Below are positions 53,465 through 64,000 of a DNA stretch of 64,000 nt, piece after piece. The stretch is taken from positions 1,184,001-1,248,000 of the forward strand of contig OZ253470.1 in assembly GCA_965261735.1 (NCBI GenBank), in the 5' to 3' direction. A model generated the notes under the pieces. That model had not been told where the DNA came from and did not search any database. It saw only the letters and a program-made list of their open reading frames with translations. Positions within the stretch are counted from its first letter, which is position 1. Every line of letters starts with the position of its first letter. The translations under genes were made by a program, and so were the position numbers. Origin of the DNA: Alphaproteobacteria bacterium (GTDB taxonomy: Bacteria; Pseudomonadota; Alphaproteobacteria; SHVV01).

Positions 53465-53562
53465 GGCGCGAGTTTGCGGCCCCAGCGGAGCCGGGGCAAG
53501 CCGGAAATCGGGATCGCGCCCGCCTTGCGTCACCGATACCGCGCATTAGATGTTAGAATGAG

Positions 53563-53826
53563 TCTTGCCTATCCGGTTAACACCCATGACCGCTACATGT
53601 AGGGTGCCGCCACTCTCCCGAGTAAAGCTCGGCATAGGTTGGAGCAGAGGTGTCGCCCGCGATGCCGAGCAATGAGCGGAAGGCGTTGAACGGGTAGAAC
53701 CGCCTGTTGAAGCGGAAGGTGAACTCGTTGAGGTAGGCTTGTAGGTGCTGGTGGCTAACGCCGTGGTGGATACCGATCAGCCACGTCTTCAGGTTGGCGA
53801 AAACCAGATGGATGATCGACAGGTAT
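53563..53826 (-). mobile_element. IS1595 copy 4, 3' end only
   Basis: Downstream IR plus the last ~80 codons of the transposase. Confidence 0.9.
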
Positions 53827-53909
53827 GAGTATCGGCCGCTCCCCGGCGCCCCGAGCGAGGCCGATTGGCCGATCGGGGTCGAACCACGTGAGCGCGACCC
53901 GCACACATC

Positions 53910-54592
53910 ATGGTTGACCAAGCCACCATCGTTACCAGCCTGCGGACAGACCGCGATCGCTTCGTGGCGTTCTCGTTCGCCGCCGCCGACGCGCTGGTCG
54001 AGCTCGACGCCGACCGCAAGGTCAGCTACGCCGTAGGCGCCATTCACTGGCTCTCCGGCAAGTCGGCCGAAACCATCATCGGCGTGAGCTTTCTCGACGT
54101 GGTCGCCAAGGCCGACCGGCGCATGATCCAAGCCGCCTTCACGACCGCCGAGACTCAGCATCGGTTCGGCCCCATCAACATTCGGCTGACCGGCTCCGGC
54201 GGACGCGAGCAGCGTGTGGCCCTGTTCGGATCCTACCTCCCGGACCGTGCCAACCGCCTCTTCCTGGCGCTCAGCTCCCATCGCGTCGCGCCGGTGACGG
54301 CGGTTCGCGAGAACGTGAGCCGCGACGAGGCGACGGGGTTGCTCGACAAGCAGTCGTTCTCCGACCTGACGCTGGAGACGATGCAGTCGGGCGATCCGGA
54401 TAACCCCTATAAGATGACGCTCCTCAACGTCGAGGGTCTCGACGAGCTGCAGGAGCGGCTCGATGGCGCCGCGGCGCACGAATTCGTGTCCGATATCAGC
54501 GCCCACCTCCAGGTCCACTCGGTCAACGGCGAGGCCGCCGGGCGGCTCGAAGACAACCAGTTCGGCCTCGTCCACGAGGGGTTCCTCGACGT
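53910..54592 (+). pseudogene. N-terminal part of a PAS/degenerate-GGDEF signalling protein, deleted at the 3' end
   Basis: RDRFVAFSFAAADALVELD (PAS-like), RDEATGLLD..SF, AGRL...FGLVH, then an abrupt switch to another gene. Confidence 0.7.
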
Positions 54593-55772
54593 CTCCGTGC
54601 GAGGTGCCGCTCGAGGACGTCGAGGTGTGGATGACGCGGGCCGACGGCGGGCCGGCGTGCCTGGTGATCTCGTCGGTCCCCGTGGTCGATGCGTCGGGAG
54701 TCCGCGTCGCCGCGCGCGGCGTATGCCGCGATGTCACCGAAGCGCGCGAACGCGACGCGGCGCTGGAACAGGCGCGCGATCGTGAGCGCCTGCAGGGCCG
54801 CATCATCGATACGATGCGCAATGAGATTGATCCCGACCGCATGCTCCTCGTAGCCGCGGAATCGGTGGCGCTGGCGCTGGCGGCCCGTCACAGTTGGATC
54901 TTCGAGACCGCACCTGATGTCGCTCCGCACGCGGCCGCCACCTTCACCGGGGCGAGCGAGCCTCCCCCTCCCCACGCGGCCGCCATCGAAGCGGCACTGA
55001 CGGACTTGTTCGGTACCGGTGAGCCCGAGCCCGCAGCCGTCGCCGTCGCCGGACACCGGCTGCTCGCCATACCGTCCAACTACCACGGCGCGGTCAATGG
55101 TGCGATTTGCGTCGCACGCCTCGCCAATGAGGCCCCGTTCGGCGACGACGAGCGGGCGCTCCTGGCCGGGATCGCCGGCCACATCGGAATTGCGATCGAG
55201 CAGTGCGCCAACCACCGGCGTCTGGAGACGCTGTCGCGCACCGACGACTTGACGGGCCTGTTGAACCGGCGCGCTTTCGCCGAGGAAGTGGGGGACGCTT
55301 CAGCCACCTCCAGCGCATGGGACGATGTGGCGCCCTGCTGTATGTCGACCTCGATAATTTCAAGCAGGTCAACGACGTGCACGGACACCAGCGTGGCGAC
55401 GAGGCGCTTGTCGCGCTCGCCGAGATATTGTCTGGGGGCAGCCGCGTCGGCGATATCCCGGCGCGCCTCGGCGGCGACGAGTTCGCCCTATGGCTCGAGG
55501 AAACCGATGCCGCGGCGGCCGAGGCCAAGGCCAGGACGCTGCTCGAACAGGCACGCAGCCTGCGCGCCTATTCGGGCAGCCCCGATACGCCGCTCGGCAT
55601 CTCCATAGGCATCGCCCTTAGCGATCCGGCGCTCGACGAATCGATCGACGAATTGCTGGCGCGCGCCGACGAGGCCATGTACGCGGTCAAGAAGGGTGGC
55701 AAGGGGAGCTTCGCCCTCGATGCGGCGAGCCTCGTGCGGGCACCGGTGGCAATGGAGCGGGACAAGTGCTGA
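54593..55772 (+). pseudogene. PAS-GAF-GGDEF diguanylate cyclase, 5'-deleted and frameshifted at ~55295
   Basis: ARGVCRDVTE, GAF-like segment, TDDLTGLLNRRAF in one frame; DLDNFKQVND.HGH..GD, RLGGDEF, ADEAMY..K in the next. Confidence 0.85.
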
Positions 55773-56887
55773 ACCGACTGTTCAAGGGCAAGAGCAAGGC
55801 AAGGAAGACGCGCAAGTCGCCGCCTCTCTCCGATGACGAGGTCAAGCGGCTGGCGCGCGCCGAGGATCCGGGCGTTCGCTCGGAGATCGCGGGGCGCGAA
55901 GACGTCAGGCCCGAGGTCCTGTACTACCTAGCCGAGGACGAGGCGCCCGGCGTGCGCCGCCGAATTGCCGCCAACCCGGAAACCCCACGGCAAGCGGACG
56001 TCATTCTCGCGCGCGACGTCGATGACGAGGTACGCTGTGATCTCGCCCTCAAGATCGGGCGCCTCATCCCCGGCTTGTCCAGCGAAGAGTCCTCGCGCCT
56101 TCAGGATCTGACGTTCGAGGTCCTCAACATTCTCGCCAGCGATCAGCTGCCGCGGGTGCGTCAGATCATTGCCGAGGAGATCAAGCACGCCGGCAACGTG
56201 CCCCACGACATCGTCAACGAACTCGCCCGCGACGTCGAGCACATCGTCGCGGCGCCAATCCTCGAATATTCGATCCTGCTGACGGACCAGGACCTGATGG
56301 AGATCATCGCCGCCGGCCCGAACGAGGGAGCGCTGCCGGCCATAGCGCGGCGCGCCAGCGTCAGCGGCCGCGTGTCGGACGCGCTCGCATCGAGCGAAGA
56401 CGTCCCGGCGATCGCCTCGCTGCTCGCCAATCCCAACGCGCAGATCCGTGAGGAGACCTTGGACTCGATCCTCGATCGCGCGCCCGCGGTGCCGCCTTGG
56501 CATGAGCCCCTGACCGTGCGGCCCAACCTATCGCAGCGCGCGCTCCGCCGTATCGCCGGCTTCGTCACCTCCTCGCTGCTCAGCATCCTCGCCGAGCGCA
56601 ACGATCTCGACCCGGAGACCACCCGCGAGGTCGCGGAGGCGGTCAAGGAGCGGCTCAAGGAGCCGCTTCCGGGGGATGAGGGCGAGAGCATCGAGGAGCG
56701 CGCCAGGCGCATGTTCACGGCGGGACAGATCGACGACGAGGCGCTGACCAATGCGGCGGAACAGGGCCAGCGCGAGTTTGCCGTGCACGCGCTGGCCCTC
56801 AAGGCGGCGATGGCGGTTCCGCTGGTGCGCAAAATACTCGATTCCAAGGCCGGCAAGGCGGTGACGGCGCTGACCTGGAAGGCCGAT
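55766..56887 (+). pseudogene. DUF2336-family protein, C-terminus cut by IS1595
   Basis: RPEVLYYLAED, LARDV..IVAAPILEYS..L.D.DL, LLANPNAQI; frame ends inside the IS IR. Confidence 0.8.
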
Positions 56888-57994
56888 CCTTGCCTATCCG
56901 GTTAACGCCCATGACCGCTACATGTAGGGTGCCACCACTCTCCCGAGTAAAGCTCGGCATAGGTTGGAGCAGAGGTGTCGCCCGCGATGCCGAGCAATGA
57001 GCGGAAGGCGTTGAACGGGTAGAACCGCCTGTTGAAGCGGAAGGTGAACTCGTTGAGGTAGGCTTGTAGGTGCTGGTGGCTAACGCCGTGGTGGATACCG
57101 ATCAGCCACGTCTTCAGGTTGGCGAAAACCAGATGGATGATCGGCAGGTATTGCTCGGCAACCTCTGGATCACCACACTCGGCAACAGCGAAGTGCTCAT
57201 AGCCGCGCTTCCCGAGGCCAGCATAGCCGCTCCAATCGTCAGTAACGATCAGCGATCGCGGCGCGACGGTGCTCTCGACGAACCCACAGAGCGACTCGGC
57301 GCTACGGTCGAGCACGACGGCGAGCCGAACGCGTCCGGCATAGCGTCCGTCTTTCCGGTTGTCGAGCTTGGTGCCCGGCTTTCGATGACGCACCTCGATG
57401 GCACAGGAGACGGGAACCTTGTGGTGAACACCACGGCCTTCCCCACGCGTTCGCCCGCCAACCCAGGTTTCGTCCACCTCAACATGGTTCTTGGGCTGTC
57501 CACCGATCCTGTCTTGGTTGGGCCGCACCATGCCCGAGCGGAGCTTGTGGAGAATTTGAAAGGCCGTCTCGTAGCGCGAAAGACCAAGTTGCCGCTGAAA
57601 CTGCACGGCGGACATGCCGGGCGTCTGACTGGCGACCAGATAAGCGGCCCAGAACCAGACGTTCAGCGGAGTGTGGCTACGCTCCATCACTGTTCCCACC
57701 GTCAGCCCGGTGTTCTGGCGGCACTTGCGGCAGCGCAGGACGCCAGGGCGGTTTTCAAAGTGGAACGGCTCTCCCGCCGTGCCGCAGTGCGGGCAGGCAA
57801 AGCCGTCTCCCCAGCGGGCTTTCTCCAGGTAGGCGGCGCAGGCCGCATCATCGGGGAAAAGTCGCTGGAACTCGGGTAGCGAATGCGGGAATGGGAGATC
57901 GGCGCGGTCGAGAACATCCATGGCGCGCTCCCCTATATCCGGGTTGCGCCCATTCTAGCCCTAGTGGGTGTGGGTGTAAACCGGATAGGCAAGG
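56888..57994 (-). mobile_element. IS1595 copy 5, full length (transposase 56902-57921)
   Basis: Both IRs present; protein differs from copy 1 by one residue (R to W near the C-terminus); no TSD. Confidence 0.93.
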
Positions 57995-58083
57995 AATAAT
58001 CGATGTTTGCCATCGCTCCAGGCCGGCAGGTGTCGAGCAAGTTTGGAGGCTCGGATACGCTAGCCGATCCGTGAGATCGCGCG

Positions 58084-58833
58084 CTACGTATCCTTTCTCC
58101 GGATCACGGTTTCAACCGATCTCGGGCGCAGGAGCCGGGCGATATAGGCTGGCACGACCTCGCTCGCGGGGCCGTAGAGGGTCTCAGCGAACAGCGAATG
58201 TCCCTCCGAGGGTTCGAGGTTGAGCTCGACCGTGTGGGCGCTGCCCGCGGCGCGCGCTTGGGCTACGAAGCCCGCGGCCGGATAGACGCTGCCCGAGGTG
58301 CCGATCGAGAGGAAGAGGTCGCAGGCCTCGAGCGCCGCGTCGATTCGCTCCATCGCCATCGGCATCTCGCCGAACCATACGACGTGCGGCCGCATCGAGC
58401 CGTGCCCCTCGCAAGCCGGGCAGGCCGTCTCGAGCCCGAGGTCCTCGGTCCACGGAAGGACGTGCCGGCAGGCGGTGCATCGCGCCTTCAGCAGCTCGCC
58501 GTGCATGTGAACGACGTTGCGCCCGCCGGCCCGCTCGTGGAGGTCATCCACGTTTTGCGTTACCACCATCACATCGCCGGCATGATCGCGCTCGAGGCGC
58601 GCCAGGGCCGCGTGCGCGGCGTTGGGCTCGGCGCCGGTCACGTTGCGCCGGCGCGCGTTGTAGAAGTTGTGCACCAGCGCGGGGTCGCGCGCGAATCCCT
58701 CGGGCGTCGCCACCTGCTCGAGGTCGTAGCGGGTCCACAATCCGTCCGTGTCGCGGAAGGTGCCGAGCCCGGATTCGGCGGAGATGCCGGCCCCGGTGAG
58801 GATGACGATGCGCGTGGGTTCGGCTAGGGTCAT
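58084..58833 (-). CDS. cobB: NAD-dependent protein deacylase (sirtuin)
   Basis: LTGAGISAESGL.TFR, TQNVDDLHE, HMHG, CxxC...CxxC, RPHVVWFGE, GTSG.VYPAA. Confidence 0.93.
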   Translation of the reverse strand: MTLAEPTRIVILTGAGISAESGLGTFRDTDGLWTRYDLEQVATPEGFARDPALVHNFYNARRRNVTGAEPNAAHAALARLERDHAGDVMVVTQNVDDLHERAGGRNVVHMHGELLKARCTACRHVLPWTEDLGLETACPACEGHGSMRPHVVWFGEMPMAMERIDAALEACDLFLSIGTSGSVYPAAGFVAQARAAGSAHTVELNLEPSEGHSLFAETLYGPASEVVPAYIARLLRPRSVETVIRRKDT

Positions 58834-58863
58834 GCGCCGCGTAGGATCGAAGAGGGCGGGCGC

Positions 58864-59337
58864 GTGGTCAAAGTTCTGTTCGTCTGCCTCGGCAACATAT
58901 GTCGCTCGCCGAGCGCCGAGGGGGTGTTCCGGGCGCTTGTCGCCGAGCATGGCCTCGGCGATCGAATCGCGGTCGATTCGGCCGGCACCGGGGACTACCA
59001 CATCGGCGAGGCGCCCGATTCGCGGGCCCAGGCCGAGGCCCGCCGGCGCGGGTTCGACATCAGCGCTCTCAAGGCACGCCAGGTGCGCCTCAGCGACTTT
59101 CACGACTTCGACTACATGATCGCTATGGACCGGCGAAATCACGCCGAGCTCGAGGCGCTGCGGCCGGGCGGCGCCAGGGCGCATCTTCGGATGCTCCTCG
59201 ACTTCGCGCCGGAGCTTGCCCGGGACGAGGTGCCCGACCCCTATCTCGGTGGGCCCGAGGGCTTCGCCGAGGTCCTGGAAATGATCGAGGCCGGGGCCCG
59301 CGGCCTGCTCTCAGAGGTGCGCGTGCGGTGCCTCTGA
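58864..59337 (+). CDS. Low-molecular-weight protein tyrosine phosphatase
   Basis: VLFVCLGNICRSP, DSAGT, VPDPY. Confidence 0.93.
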   Translation: MVKVLFVCLGNICRSPSAEGVFRALVAEHGLGDRIAVDSAGTGDYHIGEAPDSRAQAEARRRGFDISALKARQVRLSDFHDFDYMIAMDRRNHAELEALRPGGARAHLRMLLDFAPELARDEVPDPYLGGPEGFAEVLEMIEAGARGLLSEVRVRCL

Positions 59338-59373
59338 GCTAACGGCGCCCAAGCGGTCGCGCTATCGCGCCGG

Positions 59374-59906
59374 CTATTGCAGCGGGTAGGTGGCCTCGGC
59401 GCTGTGGATGGCGCCGGCGCGCGCGAGATGGCTCGAATAGAGCGTGAACGCATCGACGGCAACAGGCGCGCTGCGATACAGGTTGTGATCGGCAACGAAG
59501 CGGCCGACGCGCCCGTGGTGCGCGCCCTTGAGCCGGGCGAGCGTGACGTGGGGCTGGAACTTGCGGCGCTCCGCGGCGAGCCCGGCCCGGGTCAGCGCGC
59601 GCTCGACCTTGTCGTGCAGGCTCAGCAGCTCGGGACAGGGATCGAGGCCGGCCCATAGCGTGTGGGTCCGGCGGCCGTTGGCGAAGTGGCCGACGCCGGC
59701 GAGCGCACACGTAAGGCCGCGGCATCGACCGCGCCGAGTGCGTCGCTGATCTCGGCGAGGTGGGTGCGCTCGACCTCGCCGATGAAGCGCAGCGTCAGGT
59801 GGATCTGCTCGGCCTCGACCCATTTCGCGCCTGACACGCCGGCGCACAGGAGCTGGAGACCGCGTTTGACCTCCTCGGGCAGGTCGACGGCGACGAACAG
59901 GCGCAT
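59374..59906 (-). pseudogene. thpR: RNA 2',3'-cyclic phosphodiesterase (2H family), frameshift ~59718
   Basis: MRLFVAV...HLTLRFIG in one frame; PHVTLAR...F.LYSS.L in another. Confidence 0.88.
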
Positions 59907-60964
59907 CACGATCGCGCGCGCGCGACCTCGAGCGGTGGGTTGGGCTGGGCCCGGTGGATCGCCTCGGCCTCGCGCAGCACCTCTTCCGACAACGTGATCT
60001 CGGCGCTGGCGATCGCGCCCTCGAGCTGCGCCATGGAGGTGGCGCCGATGATGGCGGCGGTCACGAAGGGTCGGCCGGCGACATAGACGAGAGCCATTTG
60101 CGCGGGTTCGAGACCATGTTCGCGCGCCAGTGCGACATAGGCTTCCGTCGCCGCCGCCGCCTGCGGCGAGGCGTAGCTGGCGTAGCGCTCGAAGACGGCG
60201 AGCCGGCTGCCGGCGGGCTTCGCGCCGCCCGCATACTTGCCGCTGAGCAGCCCCATCGCCATCGGCGAGTAGGCGAGCAGGCCGACACCCTCGCGCATGC
60301 CGATCTCGGCGAGACCCGCCTCGAAGGAACGGTTGAGCAGGCTGTAGGCGTTCTGGATGCTGACGAGGCGCGGCCGGCCCGCGGCTTGGGCCTCGGCGAG
60401 GAAGCGCATCACGCCCCACGGGGTCTCGTTCGACACCCCGAGGTGGCGCACCTTGCCGGCCTTGACGAGATCGCCCAACGCCGCCAGCGTTTCCTCGATC
60501 GCGATGTCGTCGGCATCGGCCACGTGCCGGTAGCCGAGGTCGCCGGCGAAGCCGATGCGCCGTTCCGTCGAATGGAGCTGGTAGAGGTCGACGTAATCGG
60601 TGCGCAGCCTCTTGAGGCTCGCATCGATGGCGGCCTCGATGTTGCTGCGGTCGAGCCGGGTCTCGCCGCCGCGCAGCCAAGCGAGGTTGCTGCGCCCGAC
60701 GGCCTTGGTGGCGAGGACCACCTTGTCGCGCACCCCGCGCGCGGCCAGCCAGGTGCCGATGTAGGACTCGGTGAGGCCCTGGGTTTCCGCCCGCGGCGGG
60801 ATCGGGTAGGCCTCCGCCGTGTCGATGAAGTTGACGCCGTGATCGAACGCGTAGTCGAGCTGTGCGTGGGCCTCGGATTCACTGTTCTGCTCGCCCCACG
60901 TCATGGTGCCGAGGCAGAGGGCGCTGACGGAGACGTTCGTGCGCCCGAGGGGACGGTTTTCCAT
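59906..60964 (-). CDS. Tas-like NADP(H)-dependent aldo/keto reductase
   Basis: LGTMTWGEQN, FIDTAEAY, LATK, GVSNETPWG, IQNAYSLLNR, LLAYSP; the usual HWP motif reads HST. Confidence 0.88.
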   Translation of the reverse strand: MENRPLGRTNVSVSALCLGTMTWGEQNSESEAHAQLDYAFDHGVNFIDTAEAYPIPPRAETQGLTESYIGTWLAARGVRDKVVLATKAVGRSNLAWLRGGETRLDRSNIEAAIDASLKRLRTDYVDLYQLHSTERRIGFAGDLGYRHVADADDIAIEETLAALGDLVKAGKVRHLGVSNETPWGVMRFLAEAQAAGRPRLVSIQNAYSLLNRSFEAGLAEIGMREGVGLLAYSPMAMGLLSGKYAGGAKPAGSRLAVFERYASYASPQAAAATEAYVALAREHGLEPAQMALVYVAGRPFVTAAIIGATSMAQLEGAIASAEITLSEEVLREAEAIHRAQPNPPLEVARARS

Positions 60965-61071
60965 GGCGCTACTTCCGTGGCGGCTCGCCGGCGCCCGCGC
61001 AGGGGCGCCCGAGACCTAGCACAAAGGGCGAGCCTTGCTAAGGGAGATATCGGGGCCGGCGCCCCGGCGTG

Positions 61072-61761
61072 TCAATCGTCGGCGATCAGGCGTTTGACCA
61101 CGGGTCCGATGCGCTCGACGATGACGGTGACGCCGGCGGCGTTGGGGTGGATGCCGTCCGCCTGATTGAGTGCGGGGTTGGTCGCCACTCCGTCGAGGAA
61201 GAAAGGATAAAGCGTGGCGGCGTGCTCGTGCGCGAGAACCGGGAACAGCGAATCGAAGGCGTGCACGTACGCATTGTCGAGGTTGCGCGGCGCCAGCATG
61301 CCGGCGAGCAGTATCTTGATTCCGCGTGCCTTGAGCTGGCCCAGGATGGCGTCGAGATTGTCGCGCGTGACCGCGGGGTCGATGCCGCGCAGGGCGTCGT
61401 TGCCGCCGAACTGAACGATCACGAGGTCGGGTTCCTCGGCCAGCGTCCAGTTGAGGCGCGTCCGCGCGCCGGCCGTGGTTTCGCCGGACAGGCCGGCGTT
61501 GACGACCCGGGCCGGGACGCCTGCCGCCTCGAGCCACGCCTCGAGCCGGCGGGGAAAGGAATCCCGCCAGTGCAACCCGTAGCCCGAGGTCAGGCTGTCT
61601 CCGAAGGCGATGACGAGCGGCTCGGCCGCGGCCACGGCCGGGGTCATCGTTGCGATCAGCAGCGCCACGCCCAACCCCGTGAAAGATCGCCAAAAAGGGT
61701 AATATGGAAGAGACGCGCCCGTCTCGCGCGCACGCCGCCATCTGCCACCCAGCAGCCCCAT
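61072..61761 (-). CDS. Arylesterase / TesA-like SGNH hydrolase (start uncertain)
   Basis: FGDSLTSGYG, NAGLSGETT, GGND.LRG, YPFFLDGV, DGIHPN. Confidence 0.88.
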   Translation of the reverse strand: MGLLGGRWRRARETGASLPYYPFWRSFTGLGVALLIATMTPAVAAAEPLVIAFGDSLTSGYGLHWRDSFPRRLEAWLEAAGVPARVVNAGLSGETTAGARTRLNWTLAEEPDLVIVQFGGNDALRGIDPAVTRDNLDAILGQLKARGIKILLAGMLAPRNLDNAYVHAFDSLFPVLAHEHAATLYPFFLDGVATNPALNQADGIHPNAAGVTVIVERIGPVVKRLIADD

Positions 61762-61783
61762 CCCGCCTCGGCGCCAAAGTTTC

Positions 61784-62524
<741 letters not shown>

Positions 62525-64000
62525 GGGCGCGGCCCGCGGCGCGACGCTGGCCGCCGGCCAGCAGCTAGGCCTCGCCGTCCGCCTGGCGCGGCGCGAGCTG
62601 CGCGGCGGCCTCAAGGGATTTCGCATTTTCCTCGTCAGCCTGGCGCTCGGCGTTGCCGCGATCGCCGGGATCGGCTCGCTGGCGGCGGCCATGCGCGCCG
62701 GGCTCGTCGAGAACGCCCAGGCGCTGCTCGGCGGCGATGTCGAGGTCGGCCTGCTCGGTCGCGGGCTCGACGCCGAGGAGGTCGCCTACCTCGGTGCCCA
62801 CAGCCTCGCGGTCAGCCGCGTCCGCGAAATGCGCGCCCTCGCCCGTGCCCCTGCGGGCGAACGGCGCACGCTCGTCGAACTCAAGGGCATCGCCGCGAAC
62901 TATCCGCTGTACGGCGCCGTCGCTCTCAAACCGACGATGGCGCTCGCGGCCGCTCTTGGGCCGCGCGAGGGGCGCCTTGGGGCCGTCGCCGAGCCCTTCC
63001 TGCTCGAACGCCTCGGCCTGCGCCTCGGCGATGCGGTGCGCGTCGGTAAAGAGTTGTTCGAGATTCGCGCGGTGCTCGAGCGCGAGCCCGACCGCCTGGC
63101 GAGCGCCTTCAGCCTCGGGCCACGCCTGATGGTATCGGAGGCGGGGTTCGATGCCACCGGCCTGGTGCGCGTCGGCAGCCTGATCCGGCACAAGTACCGG
63201 GCCGCGCTGGCCCCGGGCGAGAACATCGCGAGCTGGCGCACGGACCTGATGCGCGCCTTTCCCGAGAATGCGTGGCGCCTCCGCGACCGCCGCGATTCGC
63301 AGCCCTCGGTGCGCCGCTTCGTCGATCGTTTCGCGGTTTTCCTCGAGCTCATCGGCATTACAGCGCTGCTCGTCGGCGGCATCGGCGTCGGCAACGCGGT
63401 GCGCAACTACCTCGCCGGCAAGACCGAGACCATCGCCATCCTCAAGGGCCTCGGCGCGCCCGGTGCCGTTATCTTCCGCATCTATTTCGCCGAGATCGGC
63501 GTGCTGTGTCTCACCGGGGTGGTCGCCGGCCTGGCGCTCGGCGCGCTCGTCCCGCCGCTGGCCACGGCACTGCTGGCGGACGCGTTGCCGGTGCCGACAT
63601 CGGGCGGCCTCTATCCGGGGCCGCTGCTGCTCGCGGCCGCGTTCGGCGTCCTCGTCGCCTTCGTGTTCGCGATCTGGCCGCTCGCGCGGGCGCGCGAGGT
63701 GCCGGCGGCGAGCTTGTTCCGCGATATCGTCGCGCCGACCCGGCGCCTGCCGCGCGCCCGCTACCTCGTCGCCGCCGGTGGTGGTGCGCTGGCGCTCGCG
63801 CTGCTCGCCGTGTTCGCCGGCGGCCAGGCCTACATCGCCGCCTGGTTCGTGCTCGGCGCGGTTGGAGCGCTGCTCGCTTTTCGCCTCGCCGCAGCGGGGC
63901 TCGTGGCCGCGGTCCGCGCCCTCGGCCGACCGCGCCGCGCCGGTCTGCGCCTCGCGCTGTCCAACATTTGCCGGCCCGGCGCGCCTACCGCCGGCATCGT

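Overview
A GC-rich (roughly 65% by eye) alphaproteobacterial-type window in three parts. (1) 1-24.8 kb is an IS graveyard: IS1595, two IS256 types, IS630, IS5, and IS1380/IS66 remnants. It holds pseudogenes (sbcD-like nuclease, csp, virD4/traG, umuDC) around an intact irr-katG pair. (2) 24.8-51.0 kb is an almost wholly intact cyclic-amide/ureide catabolic cluster. It encodes two ATP-dependent hydantoinase/oxoprolinase A+B pairs, dihydropyrimidinase, two isochorismatase-family amidases, a CE4 deacetylase, CobW, an ABC importer, a peroxiredoxin and a carbamoylase remnant, bracketed by truncated IS1595 copies. (3) 51.5-64 kb holds housekeeping genes (dapD, nucleotidase, cobB, LMW-PTP, thpR, tas, tesA-ybbAP), partly decayed. 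The most notable signal is in part 2. Three proteins with unrelated bodies start with the same ~37-aa amphipathic leader in identical register. Three proteins (both hydantoinase B subunits and a stand-alone protein) carry a Rad52/Rad22-like domain. The hyuAB operon continues into a 938-aa flotillin/SPFH protein with 29-residue helical repeats, and novel paralogous membrane proteins lie nearby. I infer, without proof, an SPFH-cage-based enzyme compartment or membrane metabolon with dedicated targeting tags. All family calls come from motif recognition; no database search was run.
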